Origin: Gammaproteobacteria bacterium
GTDB lineage: Bacteria > Pseudomonadota > Gammaproteobacteria > Pseudomonadales > UBA5518
Length of the DNA stretch: 64,000 bases
Assembly: GCA_016705365.1 (NCBI GenBank)
Contig: JADIYI010000008.1
Span: 767,700 to 831,699 of the forward strand
Direction of reading: 5' to 3'
Below, in pieces: positions 50,440-59,981 of the stretch (positions are counted from its first letter, which is position 1; each line of letters starts with the position of its first letter). The translations under genes were made by a program, and so were the position numbers. The notes below the pieces were generated by a model, which worked only from the letters and a program-made list of their open reading frames with translations, was not told the origin of the DNA and did no database searches.

Positions 50440-53400
50440 ATGAAGTTCACCGATCTCTTCATCAGGCGCCCGGTGCTTGCGATCGTGGTGAGCTGCCTGT
50501 TGTTGATGCTGGGCCTGCAGGGTGCCGGCCAGCTCTCGGTCCGCCAGTTTCCCGATGTGGAAAAAAGCCTGGTCAGGGTGAGTACCGTCTACGCGGGCGC
50601 CAGCGCCCGCACGGTGCAGGGTTTCGTGACCGAACCCCTGCAGCGGCGTATCGCGGCGGCCGAAGGCGTCGAGTACATGACGTCCCGCAGTGATCCTGGT
50701 GTGTCCGAAATCGATGTCCATGTGCGTCTCGGCGAGGACACCGAGAAAGTCATGACCGCGATCATCGCCAAGGTTGGCGAGGCGAGGTTCGAATTGCCGC
50801 GCGAGGTGGAGGATCCGGTCATTACCAGCTCTCTTGGTGATGACGCGATGATCTACATGGCGTTCCTCAGCGAACAGATGTCGATACAGCAGGTATACGA
50901 CTACGTGGCGCGCAATATACAACCCGAGCTGAGCACCCTCGAAGGTGTCGGTGACGCCAAGATATACAGCAGCCGCAGCTTTGCGATGCGGGTCTGGCTG
51001 GACCCGGCGAAAATGGCGGCCTTTGCAGTAACCGCCACCGATGTGAACAGGGCGATCCGTGAGCAGAATTACATCAGCGCCGCAGGCAGCACCCGCGGCA
51101 TGCTGGTGCGTGCCAGCATCGATGCCGAGACCGACATCCAGAGTCCGGATCAATTTGCCGGCATCGTGGTCCGCCAGGACGGTGACCAGCGGGTGCGTCT
51201 CGGTGATGTGGCCGATCTGGAGCTGGCCAGCGCGGATTACGATTCCGCAGACTACTCCAGTGGCAGGGATACGGTGTTTCTGGCGGTGACGCCGGCGCCC
51301 GGCGCCAATCCGCTGGAGGTTGCCGGGCGGGTCAAGGAAGTCGTGCCGCGCCTGACCGCACAGATGCCCGCGGATCTCAAGGTTTTCTATGACTCGGACT
51401 CTTCCGTATTCATCAAGGAAGCGCTGGTGCAGGTGGTACGGACCCTGGTGGAGGCATCGCTCATCGTGATGCTGGTGATCCTGCTGTTCCTCGGCTCGCT
51501 GCGCGTGGTGCTGATCCCGCTGGTCACGATCCCGCTGTCGTTGGTCGGGGTGCTGTTCCTGGTCTGGGCGGCGGGCTTTTCCATCAATCTGCTCACGCTG
51601 CTGGCGATGGTGATCGCGATCGGACTGGTGGTGGACGACGCGATCGTGGTGGTGGAAAACGTGCACCGCCATATCGAGAACGGCATGCAACCCGTGGACG
51701 CCGCGATCCGTGGTGCGCGCGAGGTGGCCTTGCCGGTGATTGCGATGACGCTCACTCTTGCGGCGGTCTACGCACCGATCACCTTTCTGGGCGGGCTGAC
51801 CGGTGTGCTGTTCAGCGAATTCGCGCTGACGCTCGCCGGTGCGGTGGTGGTATCGGGCATCATCGCACTGACGCTGAGTCCGATGATGTGTGCCTACCTG
51901 CTGACGGACACGGCGCACCAGGGGGCACTGGCGCATTGGCTCGATGCGCGCTTCGAAGCGCTGCACAACGCCTACCGGCGTCTGCTCGGGCACTGCCTGG
52001 ACAACCGCGGCGCGGTACTGTTGTTCGCCGCCGTGATTCTTGCCAGCTTGCCGCTGCTGTTCCAGATGGCGCAACGGGAACTGGCACCCGAGGAGGACAA
52101 CGGCAGCCTGTTTGTCGTCGCGACACCGCCCGATTACAGCAGCGTCGATTACGTGAATTATTTCCTCGACCAGATGGTCAGTACCTGGAAGCAGATACCC
52201 GAAGTCAGCCACTCGTGGCAGGTGAACAACCCCGGGACAGTGTTCGGCGGCATCGAACTCAAGCCGTGGAGCGAACGCGAGCGCAGCCAGAAAGAAATAC
52301 AGACCGATCTGCAGGCGGGTTTCGCGCGTATCAGCGGCCTGGAAATCTTCACTTTCAGCCTGATCTCGCTGCCCGGTGCGGATTCCGGACTGCCCGTGAA
52401 CTTCGTGATTGCCTCCACCGCGGACTACAAGGAACTCGACCGGGTCTCGGATGAAGTGCTCGCGAAGGCGCGCGAGTCGGGCTTGTTCGCGTTCGTCAAC
52501 AAGACCCTGCGTTACTCGCGCCCCGAGGTGACGGTGGCCATCGAGCGCGATCTCGCGGCGCGTCTCGGCATTTCGATGGAAGCCATCGGCGAGACGCTGC
52601 AGACCATGCTTGGCGAGTCGGAGGTCAATCGCTTCAGCATGGAGGGGCGCAGCTACAAGGTGATCCCGCAGGCGCATCGCGGATTCCGCCTGACGCGCGA
52701 GGCGCTGGAGCGTTACTACGTGCGCACCGACGGTGGCGACCTGGTACCGCTGGCGACCGTGATCCGGCTCGATTCGCGGGTCGAGCCGAACACGCTCAGC
52801 CAGTACCAGCAGCTCAACAGCACCACCATCCAGGGCATGATGATGCCGCCCAACACGCTTGGCACGGGGCTCGAGTTCCTCGACCGCACGCTGAAAGAAG
52901 TGGCGCCGGTGGGTTTTCAGGTCGGGTACGAGGGCGAATCACGTCGCTTTGTGCAGGAGACCACTGGTTTCGGGGCACTGTTCGCGGTGTCGCTGACGTT
53001 CATCTTCCTGGTACTGGCCGCGCAGTTCAACAGCTTTCGCGATCCGCTGGTGGTGCTGGTAGCGGTACCGCTGTCGATATTCGGCGCGACCGTGCCGCTT
53101 GCGCTCGGCTGGGGAACATTGAACATCTACACCCAGGTCGGCCTGCTGACGCTGATCGGGCTGATCAGCAAGCACGGCATCCTGATCGTGGACTTCGCCA
53201 ACCGCCAGCTGGCCGAGGGCATGGATCGCCGGGGCGCGGTGATCGAGGCTGCCGCGCTGCGGCTGCGCCCGATCCTGATGACGACCTTCGCTACCGTGCT
53301 CGGTGTATTGCCGCTGCTGCTGGCCTTCGGTGCCGGTGCCAACAGCCGTTTCGCGATCGGCCTGGTGATCACATCCGGCATGCTGGTGGGTACCTTGTTC

Positions 53401-53499
53401 ACGCTGTTCGTGCTGCCGACGTTCTATCTGCCGTTCACCCGCCGCTTGGCCGCGGGATCAGGCGCGGCACTACCGAAGCTGAAACCCGCAACGCAGTGA
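50440..53499 (+). CDS. RND efflux transporter permease (AcrB/MdtB-type)
   Basis: 1019 aa. Starts MKFTDLFIRRPVLA, has a 12-TM layout and GLVVDDAIVV.EN. It starts 9 nt after the adaptor gene. There is no outer-membrane factor gene adjacent. Confidence 0.93.
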   Translation: MKFTDLFIRRPVLAIVVSCLLLMLGLQGAGQLSVRQFPDVEKSLVRVSTVYAGASARTVQGFVTEPLQRRIAAAEGVEYMTSRSDPGVSEIDVHVRLGEDTEKVMTAIIAKVGEARFELPREVEDPVITSSLGDDAMIYMAFLSEQMSIQQVYDYVARNIQPELSTLEGVGDAKIYSSRSFAMRVWLDPAKMAAFAVTATDVNRAIREQNYISAAGSTRGMLVRASIDAETDIQSPDQFAGIVVRQDGDQRVRLGDVADLELASADYDSADYSSGRDTVFLAVTPAPGANPLEVAGRVKEVVPRLTAQMPADLKVFYDSDSSVFIKEALVQVVRTLVEASLIVMLVILLFLGSLRVVLIPLVTIPLSLVGVLFLVWAAGFSINLLTLLAMVIAIGLVVDDAIVVVENVHRHIENGMQPVDAAIRGAREVALPVIAMTLTLAAVYAPITFLGGLTGVLFSEFALTLAGAVVVSGIIALTLSPMMCAYLLTDTAHQGALAHWLDARFEALHNAYRRLLGHCLDNRGAVLLFAAVILASLPLLFQMAQRELAPEEDNGSLFVVATPPDYSSVDYVNYFLDQMVSTWKQIPEVSHSWQVNNPGTVFGGIELKPWSERERSQKEIQTDLQAGFARISGLEIFTFSLISLPGADSGLPVNFVIASTADYKELDRVSDEVLAKARESGLFAFVNKTLRYSRPEVTVAIERDLAARLGISMEAIGETLQTMLGESEVNRFSMEGRSYKVIPQAHRGFRLTREALERYYVRTDGGDLVPLATVIRLDSRVEPNTLSQYQQLNSTTIQGMMMPPNTLGTGLEFLDRTLKEVAPVGFQVGYEGESRRFVQETTGFGALFAVSLTFIFLVLAAQFNSFRDPLVVLVAVPLSIFGATVPLALGWGTLNIYTQVGLLTLIGLISKHGILIVDFANRQLAEGMDRRGAVIEAAALRLRPILMTTFATVLGVLPLLLAFGAGANSRFAIGLVITSGMLVGTLFTLFVLPTFYLPFTRRLAAGSGAALPKLKPATQ

Positions 53500-53716
53500 T
53501 GTGAGCCGGTTCGAAGCTCCGGTCGGTGCTGCTTGCGGTGCGCTCGACCCGCAGGGAAGCCCGGGTGATATGACGGCTTTCGCCCGGTAGGCTATCTTCT
53601 CAATGCTCAGCCAGTCATCGGCGGCTTCGACAGCGTCCCGGACAAGGGCGCATTTCGCCGGGATGCCGAATCGTGCCATGAACCCGTGTTCGTGCGCCGC
53701 CAGTCTTCAGGAGTAA

Positions 53717-56700
53717 TTGCAGTTGCGACTCATGCGCCAACCAGAGACCTCGGCCAGCGAGTTTCCGGTGACACCGGACCAGCTCCGCTACATCCTGGCG
53801 GAAACGCTCACGCAGGCAAACTATATGCAGCCCGCGTCCTGGGTGATCGACGGGCCGCTGGATGTCGCCAGGTTCGAGGCCGCGATCGGCAAGGTGGTCG
53901 CACGTCACGAGATGTTGCGCGTTTCGCTGGTCAGGAAGCGCGGACAAGGTTATCTCAACCGGGTGCACGAATCGCCGCGGATCGAGATCGAGCAGCTCGC
54001 GCTGCCGGAGTGGGACCCCGTGGCCGTTCGCAAGGCCATCGAGGCCTGCGCGTACCGGCCGCACAATTTTCTTGAGTCGGAGCTGGCACGCTTCCAGCTG
54101 ATCCGGATCGGCACGCAGCGCCACGTGTTCACCACCCTGTTCCATCACGCGCTGACCGATGCCCTGTCCGGCGGGATATTCCGGCGCGAGCTGTCGATGT
54201 TCTATGAGGGCAGGGAGCCGGACACGACACCGGTGGCGTATCGCGATTTCTTCGCGGGCAATCGGGAGCCGCCAGCCGATCGGCGCCAGGCCGAGGCGTT
54301 CTGGCAGGACTACCTGGCGGATTTCGATGGCGAGGGAAGCCTGCCCGCCGATTTCAGGCCCGAACAACCGTCGTCCGAGATGGATTTCCTCGAGTTTCGC
54401 CTGGATGCTTCGCTGAGCGCGCGCGCGCGAGAGGCTGCCAGGCAGCTTGGGGTTTCGCCCTTTGCGTTGTATTCGACGGTCTACAGCGTGCTGCTGGGAC
54501 GGCATACCGGCGCCAGCAGCGTGATATCCCTGATACAGAGCGCGGGTCGGCGTGGCTACGCGGGTTCGGAGCAGACCTGCGGGCTGTTTTCCAAGGCACT
54601 GGTTCTGATCACCCGCTGGAGCGAGGAGATGCCATTTGCGGAGCTGGCGCGCGCCACCCGCAAGAATATCGGCCTGTGTCTGCAGAACGAGGCCGTGCCT
54701 TACCAGGAGGTGGTCAGTGACAGCGGGATCAAGGCCCGCTTTGGCATCAACTGGCTGCCGGGCAGGCAGGACTTCGACCTCCAGGGCTGCCAGGTCACAC
54801 GCCAGTATTTCGTCTTTGCCCAGTCCGATCACGACCTGAATTTCCGCATCGTCGATGATGCGCAGGGCGTGCTGCTGTACCTGGCTTTCAATCGCAGCCA
54901 GTTCCTGCGTTCCAGGGTGGAGGAATTCGCGCACCAGTTCGTGGCCCTGCTGGGCGATGCCTGTACCGACCCCCAGTGCGCGATTGCCGCTCTCGGCGTC
55001 ACGCAGAGGAGCAGACGGGTGCCGCCGGCCGTATTGCCGCCTGTTCGGGAGAGCGCCGCGGAACTCGTCCATGAGCTGTTTCTGCGCCAGGCTCGCCTGC
55101 ACCCGCAGGCAACGGCGATCGAATGCGCGGAGCAACGCTGGTCCTATCGCGAACTGGAGCGCGCCAGTGACACGATCATGGCCGGTCTTCACGATCGCGG
55201 TATCGCCCCGGGCGCGACGCTGGCGGTGCTGGCGCGGCGAACACCCGGGCTGGTTGCCGCGCTGCTGGCGGTGCTGCGCATGGGTTGCGCATTCGCGATC
55301 CTGGATTCCGCCTACCCGCCGCGGCGCCTGCGCCAGTGCGTCGATATGCTGCGCCCCGGCGGGATCATCGTCTGCGAGGAGCAGGAGGTCCCGGACGAAC
55401 TGGTCTGCGCTGCGCAAGAAAGCGAGTGCTTCCTGCTGCACCTGGACCAGGACGGATTGCGGGCCGCCAGCGCCGGCGTTCCGGCCGGCGCCGCCACCGC
55501 GGATGATGTTGCCTATCACCTGTTCACCTCGGGCACCACCGGTGTGCCCAAATGCGTGTCGGTAAGCCATCGGCCGCTGGTTCATTTCCTGCACTGGCAG
55601 GCCGAGCGCTTCGAGCTGGACCGCAACGACCGGGTCACGGTGCTGTCCGGTCTCGGTCACGACCCGGTGCTGCGGGATATTTTTCTCCCGCTCTCGATCG
55701 GGGCGACGTTGCTGTTGCCGGATCCCGCCGCCGATCGTGATGCCAAGGCCCTGTTTGACTGGATGGCGGCGTCGCGACCGACGCTCTGCCACCTGACTCC
55801 CCAGATCGGTCACCTGATTCTCGGTGGCATGCGCAAGCAGCAAACGCTGCCGACGTTGCGTTATCTGTTCTGGGGCGGTGACATCCTTACCGGGCATCAC
55901 GTGGCCCAGTTTGCCGCAGCCGCGACCGCGGCGCGGTCGGTGAACTTCTTTGGCGCGACGGAAACGCCGCAGGCCTTTGCGTACTTTGCCATCGAACAGG
56001 ATCTGCCGTGGCGCCTGGTACCCATCGGGCAGGCAATACCGGGCGTAGAGCTGTATATCGAGAACGGTTTCGGGGAGCGAGCGGCGTACGGAGAGTATGG
56101 CCAGATCGTGGCGCGATCGCCGTATCTTTCAAAGGGTTATCTCGATACCGGTGAAATGATTCAGACTCGCGAGCGCAAGGCGAGCGGATTTTCCGGTGAC
56201 GCCTACTATTTCGGGGACTATGGCTACACGCTGCCCGACGGCAACATCGTTTGTCTGGGCCGCCGTGACGACCAGCTCAAGGTGCGCGGCTTCCGGGTCG
56301 AGCTCGCGGAGATATCGCGGGCGCTCGAGGATCTGGAGCCGGTGGCGCGCGCGGTCGCGCTCGGCGTTGGAGAAGCGCACGAGGAAGCCCGGCTGGTCGC
56401 CTACATCGAGCGCGCGCCGGGTCATATGCCCGAGCGTGCCGAACTGGTGAGGCATCTGCGCGCGACGCTGCCGCGCTACATGGTCCCCGATTATTACGTG
56501 GTGCTGGATGAGCTGCCGATGCTGCCGAATGGCAAGGTTGATCGCAAGCAGCTGCGGGCCCCGCAGAAAAGCGACCTGGTGGCCGAGCGGCGCTATATTG
56601 CGCCGAAGACCCAACTCGAACGCGAGCTGATCGCGGACCTCGAAGAGGTGCTGCAACTGAACGGCATCGGAGCGGAGGACAGTTTTGTCGCGCTCGGTGG

Positions 56701-57790
56701 CGACTCGCTTTCCTACGTCAGCATGCAGATGTCACTCGAGCGCCGTCTCGGGGCGCTGCCGCAGGATTGGGGTGAACTGAGCGTCCGCGAACTCGCCGGC
56801 CGCGGTGTCAGCACGAGCAAGGTGCGCATGCTCGACACCTGCATCGCGATCCGGGCGGCTGCCATCCTGATCATCGTTGCCGGGCACGCCGACTTCTTCA
56901 GCGTTGCCCGGGGATCGACCGGCGCACTGTTCCTGGTGACCGGCTTCCTGCTGGCAAAACTGCAGTTGCCGCAGGTCCTGCAGCGTGACAGCGCCAGGCC
57001 GCTGCTGTCCCTGGTGGGCAAAATCGTGCTGCCGGTAATGGCCTACACCGCGGCGACAAGCTGCGTCGGCGCACTGCCGCATTATTCCAATTTCCTGATG
57101 GTGGCGAACCTGTTTGCGATGCCCGCGCGGGGTATCGAGCCGCATATCTGGTTCGTGCACGCGCTGCTGCAGATGCTGCTGATATATGCACTGCTGTTTT
57201 CATTTGCAGCGGTGCGAAGTTGGCTCGAAAAGGATGCTTTCCGCTTCTGCGTGCTGGTCTTTGTGGTCGCGACGGCGGTCCGTCTCGGTTCACCGCTCTT
57301 TTTTGCGTGGCTGCAGGATCCCGCGTCGATAACGCAGGGGCATCCCGTGCACCGCCTGCCGACAACCCATTTCGCCACGCTGGCGCTCGGCATGTGCATG
57401 TATTTCAGCAATACCACTCCCCGCAAAGTCCTGACCCTCGGATTGCTGCTCGGCTACTGGCTGCTGTCGGAACATTTCCTCGGCGCGCCGGTGACCATCA
57501 TGCTGCTGTTTGGCGGCATCCTGGTTTTCTTCAGGGAGATCCCCACGGTCGACTGGATAAAGCGCGTGGCCTACATGCTGGCGGCCGCTTCCCTGTTCAT
57601 CTACCTGACGCAGTTCATCTGGGTCAAGGCACTGCATATGGTCGGGATCGACCTCGGTAGCCACGGCCTGGAGACGCTGCTCAGCGTGGCCGGTGGTGTT
57701 GCTGCCTGGTTTGGCTGGAATCAGCTGCGCCGCCTGGGGAACATCTGGCGCAAGCAGCGTGACGAGCCGTTAGGGATCGAAGCCGTGTAG
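53717..57790 (+). CDS. NRPS-like multidomain protein: condensation (C) - adenylation (A) - thiolation (T) - acyltransferase-3-like polytopic membrane domain
   Basis: Domain motifs, in order:
- C domain: HHALTD at aa 143-148.
- A domain: A3 LFTSGTTGVPK, a Lys2-like SGLGHDPVLRDIF (Asp235 equivalent kept), FFGATETPQ, A8 GRRDDQLKVRGFRVEL and A10 PNGKVDR.
- T domain: LGGDSLS (Ser997, nt 56705-56707).
- C-terminal membrane region, about 320 aa with at least 8 hydrophobic segments, opening with RMLDTCIAIRAAAILIIVAGH...GALFLVTGFLLA (AT3-like signature).

The start is ambiguous: TTG at 53717 or 53723, or ATG at 53732. Confidence 0.85.
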   Translation: MQLRLMRQPETSASEFPVTPDQLRYILAETLTQANYMQPASWVIDGPLDVARFEAAIGKVVARHEMLRVSLVRKRGQGYLNRVHESPRIEIEQLALPEWDPVAVRKAIEACAYRPHNFLESELARFQLIRIGTQRHVFTTLFHHALTDALSGGIFRRELSMFYEGREPDTTPVAYRDFFAGNREPPADRRQAEAFWQDYLADFDGEGSLPADFRPEQPSSEMDFLEFRLDASLSARAREAARQLGVSPFALYSTVYSVLLGRHTGASSVISLIQSAGRRGYAGSEQTCGLFSKALVLITRWSEEMPFAELARATRKNIGLCLQNEAVPYQEVVSDSGIKARFGINWLPGRQDFDLQGCQVTRQYFVFAQSDHDLNFRIVDDAQGVLLYLAFNRSQFLRSRVEEFAHQFVALLGDACTDPQCAIAALGVTQRSRRVPPAVLPPVRESAAELVHELFLRQARLHPQATAIECAEQRWSYRELERASDTIMAGLHDRGIAPGATLAVLARRTPGLVAALLAVLRMGCAFAILDSAYPPRRLRQCVDMLRPGGIIVCEEQEVPDELVCAAQESECFLLHLDQDGLRAASAGVPAGAATADDVAYHLFTSGTTGVPKCVSVSHRPLVHFLHWQAERFELDRNDRVTVLSGLGHDPVLRDIFLPLSIGATLLLPDPAADRDAKALFDWMAASRPTLCHLTPQIGHLILGGMRKQQTLPTLRYLFWGGDILTGHHVAQFAAAATAARSVNFFGATETPQAFAYFAIEQDLPWRLVPIGQAIPGVELYIENGFGERAAYGEYGQIVARSPYLSKGYLDTGEMIQTRERKASGFSGDAYYFGDYGYTLPDGNIVCLGRRDDQLKVRGFRVELAEISRALEDLEPVARAVALGVGEAHEEARLVAYIERAPGHMPERAELVRHLRATLPRYMVPDYYVVLDELPMLPNGKVDRKQLRAPQKSDLVAERRYIAPKTQLERELIADLEEVLQLNGIGAEDSFVALGGDSLSYVSMQMSLERRLGALPQDWGELSVRELAGRGVSTSKVRMLDTCIAIRAAAILIIVAGHADFFSVARGSTGALFLVTGFLLAKLQLPQVLQRDSARPLLSLVGKIVLPVMAYTAATSCVGALPHYSNFLMVANLFAMPARGIEPHIWFVHALLQMLLIYALLFSFAAVRSWLEKDAFRFCVLVFVVATAVRLGSPLFFAWLQDPASITQGHPVHRLPTTHFATLALGMCMYFSNTTPRKVLTLGLLLGYWLLSEHFLGAPVTIMLLFGGILVFFREIPTVDWIKRVAYMLAAASLFIYLTQFIWVKALHMVGIDLGSHGLETLLSVAGGVAAWFGWNQLRRLGNIWRKQRDEPLGIEAV

Positions 57791-57959
57791 GCGATGGCCG
57801 TTCAGGTTCGCTCCGCAGCCCTGAAATACGGCCGCTTGCGGCTGCTTGCCAGCCATCAAGTCCTATTCGCGCAGGAACTGGCCGGCTCGGGGACACAGGA
57901 ATCGCGCCCGGCTCCATCGACGTCGGTGCGCGATGAATCGAACGCATGCGCGTCACGCG

Positions 57960-59981
57960 TCACGCGTCGCGCCAGCGCAGCCGCCACCATGGATTACGCG
58001 AACTTGGTGCCGCATCCTGGTGCGTGGCCGCGGGCGCCTCGTCAGACGCTGCGGTGGCTATCGCCGGAGGTGGCAGCTGTGCGGCAAACTCGGCGAGTGT
58101 CGGGTCATCGAAAATGCAGTCGAGCGATACCGGTACGCCAAAAACCTGCTCGACCTGCGACTGCATCTCCATCGCATCCAGGGAACTACCGCCAACCTGG
58201 AAGAAACGGCTGTCGGGGTCGAGTGACGCCTCCTTGAGGATTCGCGTCCAGATATCGGCCAGTGCCTGTTCCCGTCTGTCCATTCCCGTGAACTGCACAG
58301 TGCCGATGTCGCCGGCTGATCGGAGGGACCCGGCCTCCTCCAGGCGCAGATCGTGCAGCACCGCGGATTGCAGAAAATCGCGGTCGCTCAGCAATGCCGT
58401 GTTCACTTTGCCGCTGTCGGTAAGCGGCAAACCGCGAAGTGCCACGATACGTGAGGGCACCATATGGTCGGGCAGCGAGGCGCCGAGCAGCGTGCGCAGG
58501 TTCGGTATGGGCTGCTTGTTTGCCGGTACGTAGAATGCCAGAAGCTCCTTTTCGTTCATTGCGTTGTCGATTCCGACCACGCTCGCTTCCTCTATACCCT
58601 CGATCCGGCTCAGCGCCAACTCCACGGCCGGAAGTTCGACCCGAAATCCACGGATCTTCACCTGAAAGTCGCGGCGGCCCTGGTGAATCAGCGATCCATC
58701 GGGCAGCAGGCAACCGAGGTCGCCGGTCATGAAGCTGCGATTGCCGCTATCGTCCGAACCGCCGACAAATATGCCTTGGGACAGATCCTCGCGCTTCCAG
58801 TAACCGAGCGACAGGAACGGGCTGGAAACCACGATCTCACCCGATTCGCCCGGTGCGCAGGCTTTGCCTTGTTCATCGAGAATCGCCAACTCGACATCAG
58901 GCAGCGGTCGCCCGGGCGACAGGCTGCCGTCTTCGATCTGCGTGTCCCGATCATAGAATCGCGCACAGACGCTCATCGCTTCCGATGAGCCGTAACTGAT
59001 CAGCAGGCGGCGGGCGGACGGGAAACGTGTGCGAAAGTGCTGGAAGTCGAGACTGGTCGTGGCCTCTCCGACCAGCCGGATCAAACGTAGCGCGGCGAAG
59101 TTCTCCTTTCCGGACAGGGTTCCGGCAAAACGGCGGAACAAGGTCACGTACAGGGTGAATACGGTGACGTGTCCCTGTTCGAGGCTATCCCGAAGTCCGG
59201 GAAAACCGCGCTTCGTGACATCGATGGTAAACACCGCGGCGCCGGCCAGGAGTGGGACGAAGATACTGGTGACCGTGCCGAAAACCGGGGGTGCAGAACA
59301 GCAGCTGATACAGTCCGTTGCGCTGATCTGCATCAGTTCGGCTTGTGAGCGGCAATAGCGCAACAGGTTGCGCTGGTTCTGGTACACGCCCTTGGGCACG
59401 CCGGTGGAGCCGCTGGTAAACACCAGGTAGGCAAACGAATCGGGCGTGACTCCCGGTCCTGGATTGGTGTCCGCGAGCGAATCGTCGAGCTCGTCGATAT
59501 TGAGGATCGTGCAACTACCGCCGCTCAACTCCTCCGCCAGATGCAGATTTTCCGTGTCCGTTAGCAGTACATCGGGCTCGGCCACCGTGAGTACCTTGCG
59601 GTTCGACTCGAGCGGAAAATCCGGCGCGAGCGACGCATAGAGTCGTCCCGCCTTGAGTGCGCCGACAAGCGCGGAAATATATGCGGGAGAAACGCTGATC
59701 AGGGTGGCGACCGGACGGTGCGCATTGGCGGAAGCGCGCGCCAGCGCGTGCGCAATGCGATTTGCCCGCCGGTTCAGCACGCGGTAGCTGATACAGTCGT
59801 CCAGGGTTCTTATCGCGGGTCGATCCGGGAAGGCCTCGGCGATTGCCTCGAAACATTGTGCAACGGATTGCTCGCCCGGGGTGGTCTCGGGCAACAGCTG
59901 CAATGCCTCGGAGGCCAGGCCGGGCAGAAGCTCCTCGCGCAGCGAATCCGCGATTTTCAATTGCTGACTCATGAGTTCCAT
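57960..59981 (-). CDS. Stand-alone adenylation-thiolation (A-T) didomain protein
   Basis: A3 LVFTSGSTGVPKG, A5-like ISYGSSEA, A8 GRRDFQVKIRGFRVEL, A10 TDSGKVN and T FFQVGGSSLDAM. There are two possible ATGs, at 59981 and 59972. The latter forms an ATGA overlap with the upstream HemB-like stop. Confidence 0.88.
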   Translation of the reverse strand: MELMSQQLKIADSLREELLPGLASEALQLLPETTPGEQSVAQCFEAIAEAFPDRPAIRTLDDCISYRVLNRRANRIAHALARASANAHRPVATLISVSPAYISALVGALKAGRLYASLAPDFPLESNRKVLTVAEPDVLLTDTENLHLAEELSGGSCTILNIDELDDSLADTNPGPGVTPDSFAYLVFTSGSTGVPKGVYQNQRNLLRYCRSQAELMQISATDCISCCSAPPVFGTVTSIFVPLLAGAAVFTIDVTKRGFPGLRDSLEQGHVTVFTLYVTLFRRFAGTLSGKENFAALRLIRLVGEATTSLDFQHFRTRFPSARRLLISYGSSEAMSVCARFYDRDTQIEDGSLSPGRPLPDVELAILDEQGKACAPGESGEIVVSSPFLSLGYWKREDLSQGIFVGGSDDSGNRSFMTGDLGCLLPDGSLIHQGRRDFQVKIRGFRVELPAVELALSRIEGIEEASVVGIDNAMNEKELLAFYVPANKQPIPNLRTLLGASLPDHMVPSRIVALRGLPLTDSGKVNTALLSDRDFLQSAVLHDLRLEEAGSLRSAGDIGTVQFTGMDRREQALADIWTRILKEASLDPDSRFFQVGGSSLDAMEMQSQVEQVFGVPVSLDCIFDDPTLAEFAAQLPPPAIATAASDEAPAATHQDAAPSSRNPWWRLRWRDA

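Noticed and set aside
53470-53679. 69-aa minus-strand ORF in the RND/NRPS intergenic region
   Set aside because: It overlaps the RND stop, has no RBS and no recognisable motif, and its composition is not clearly coding. I left it unannotated.
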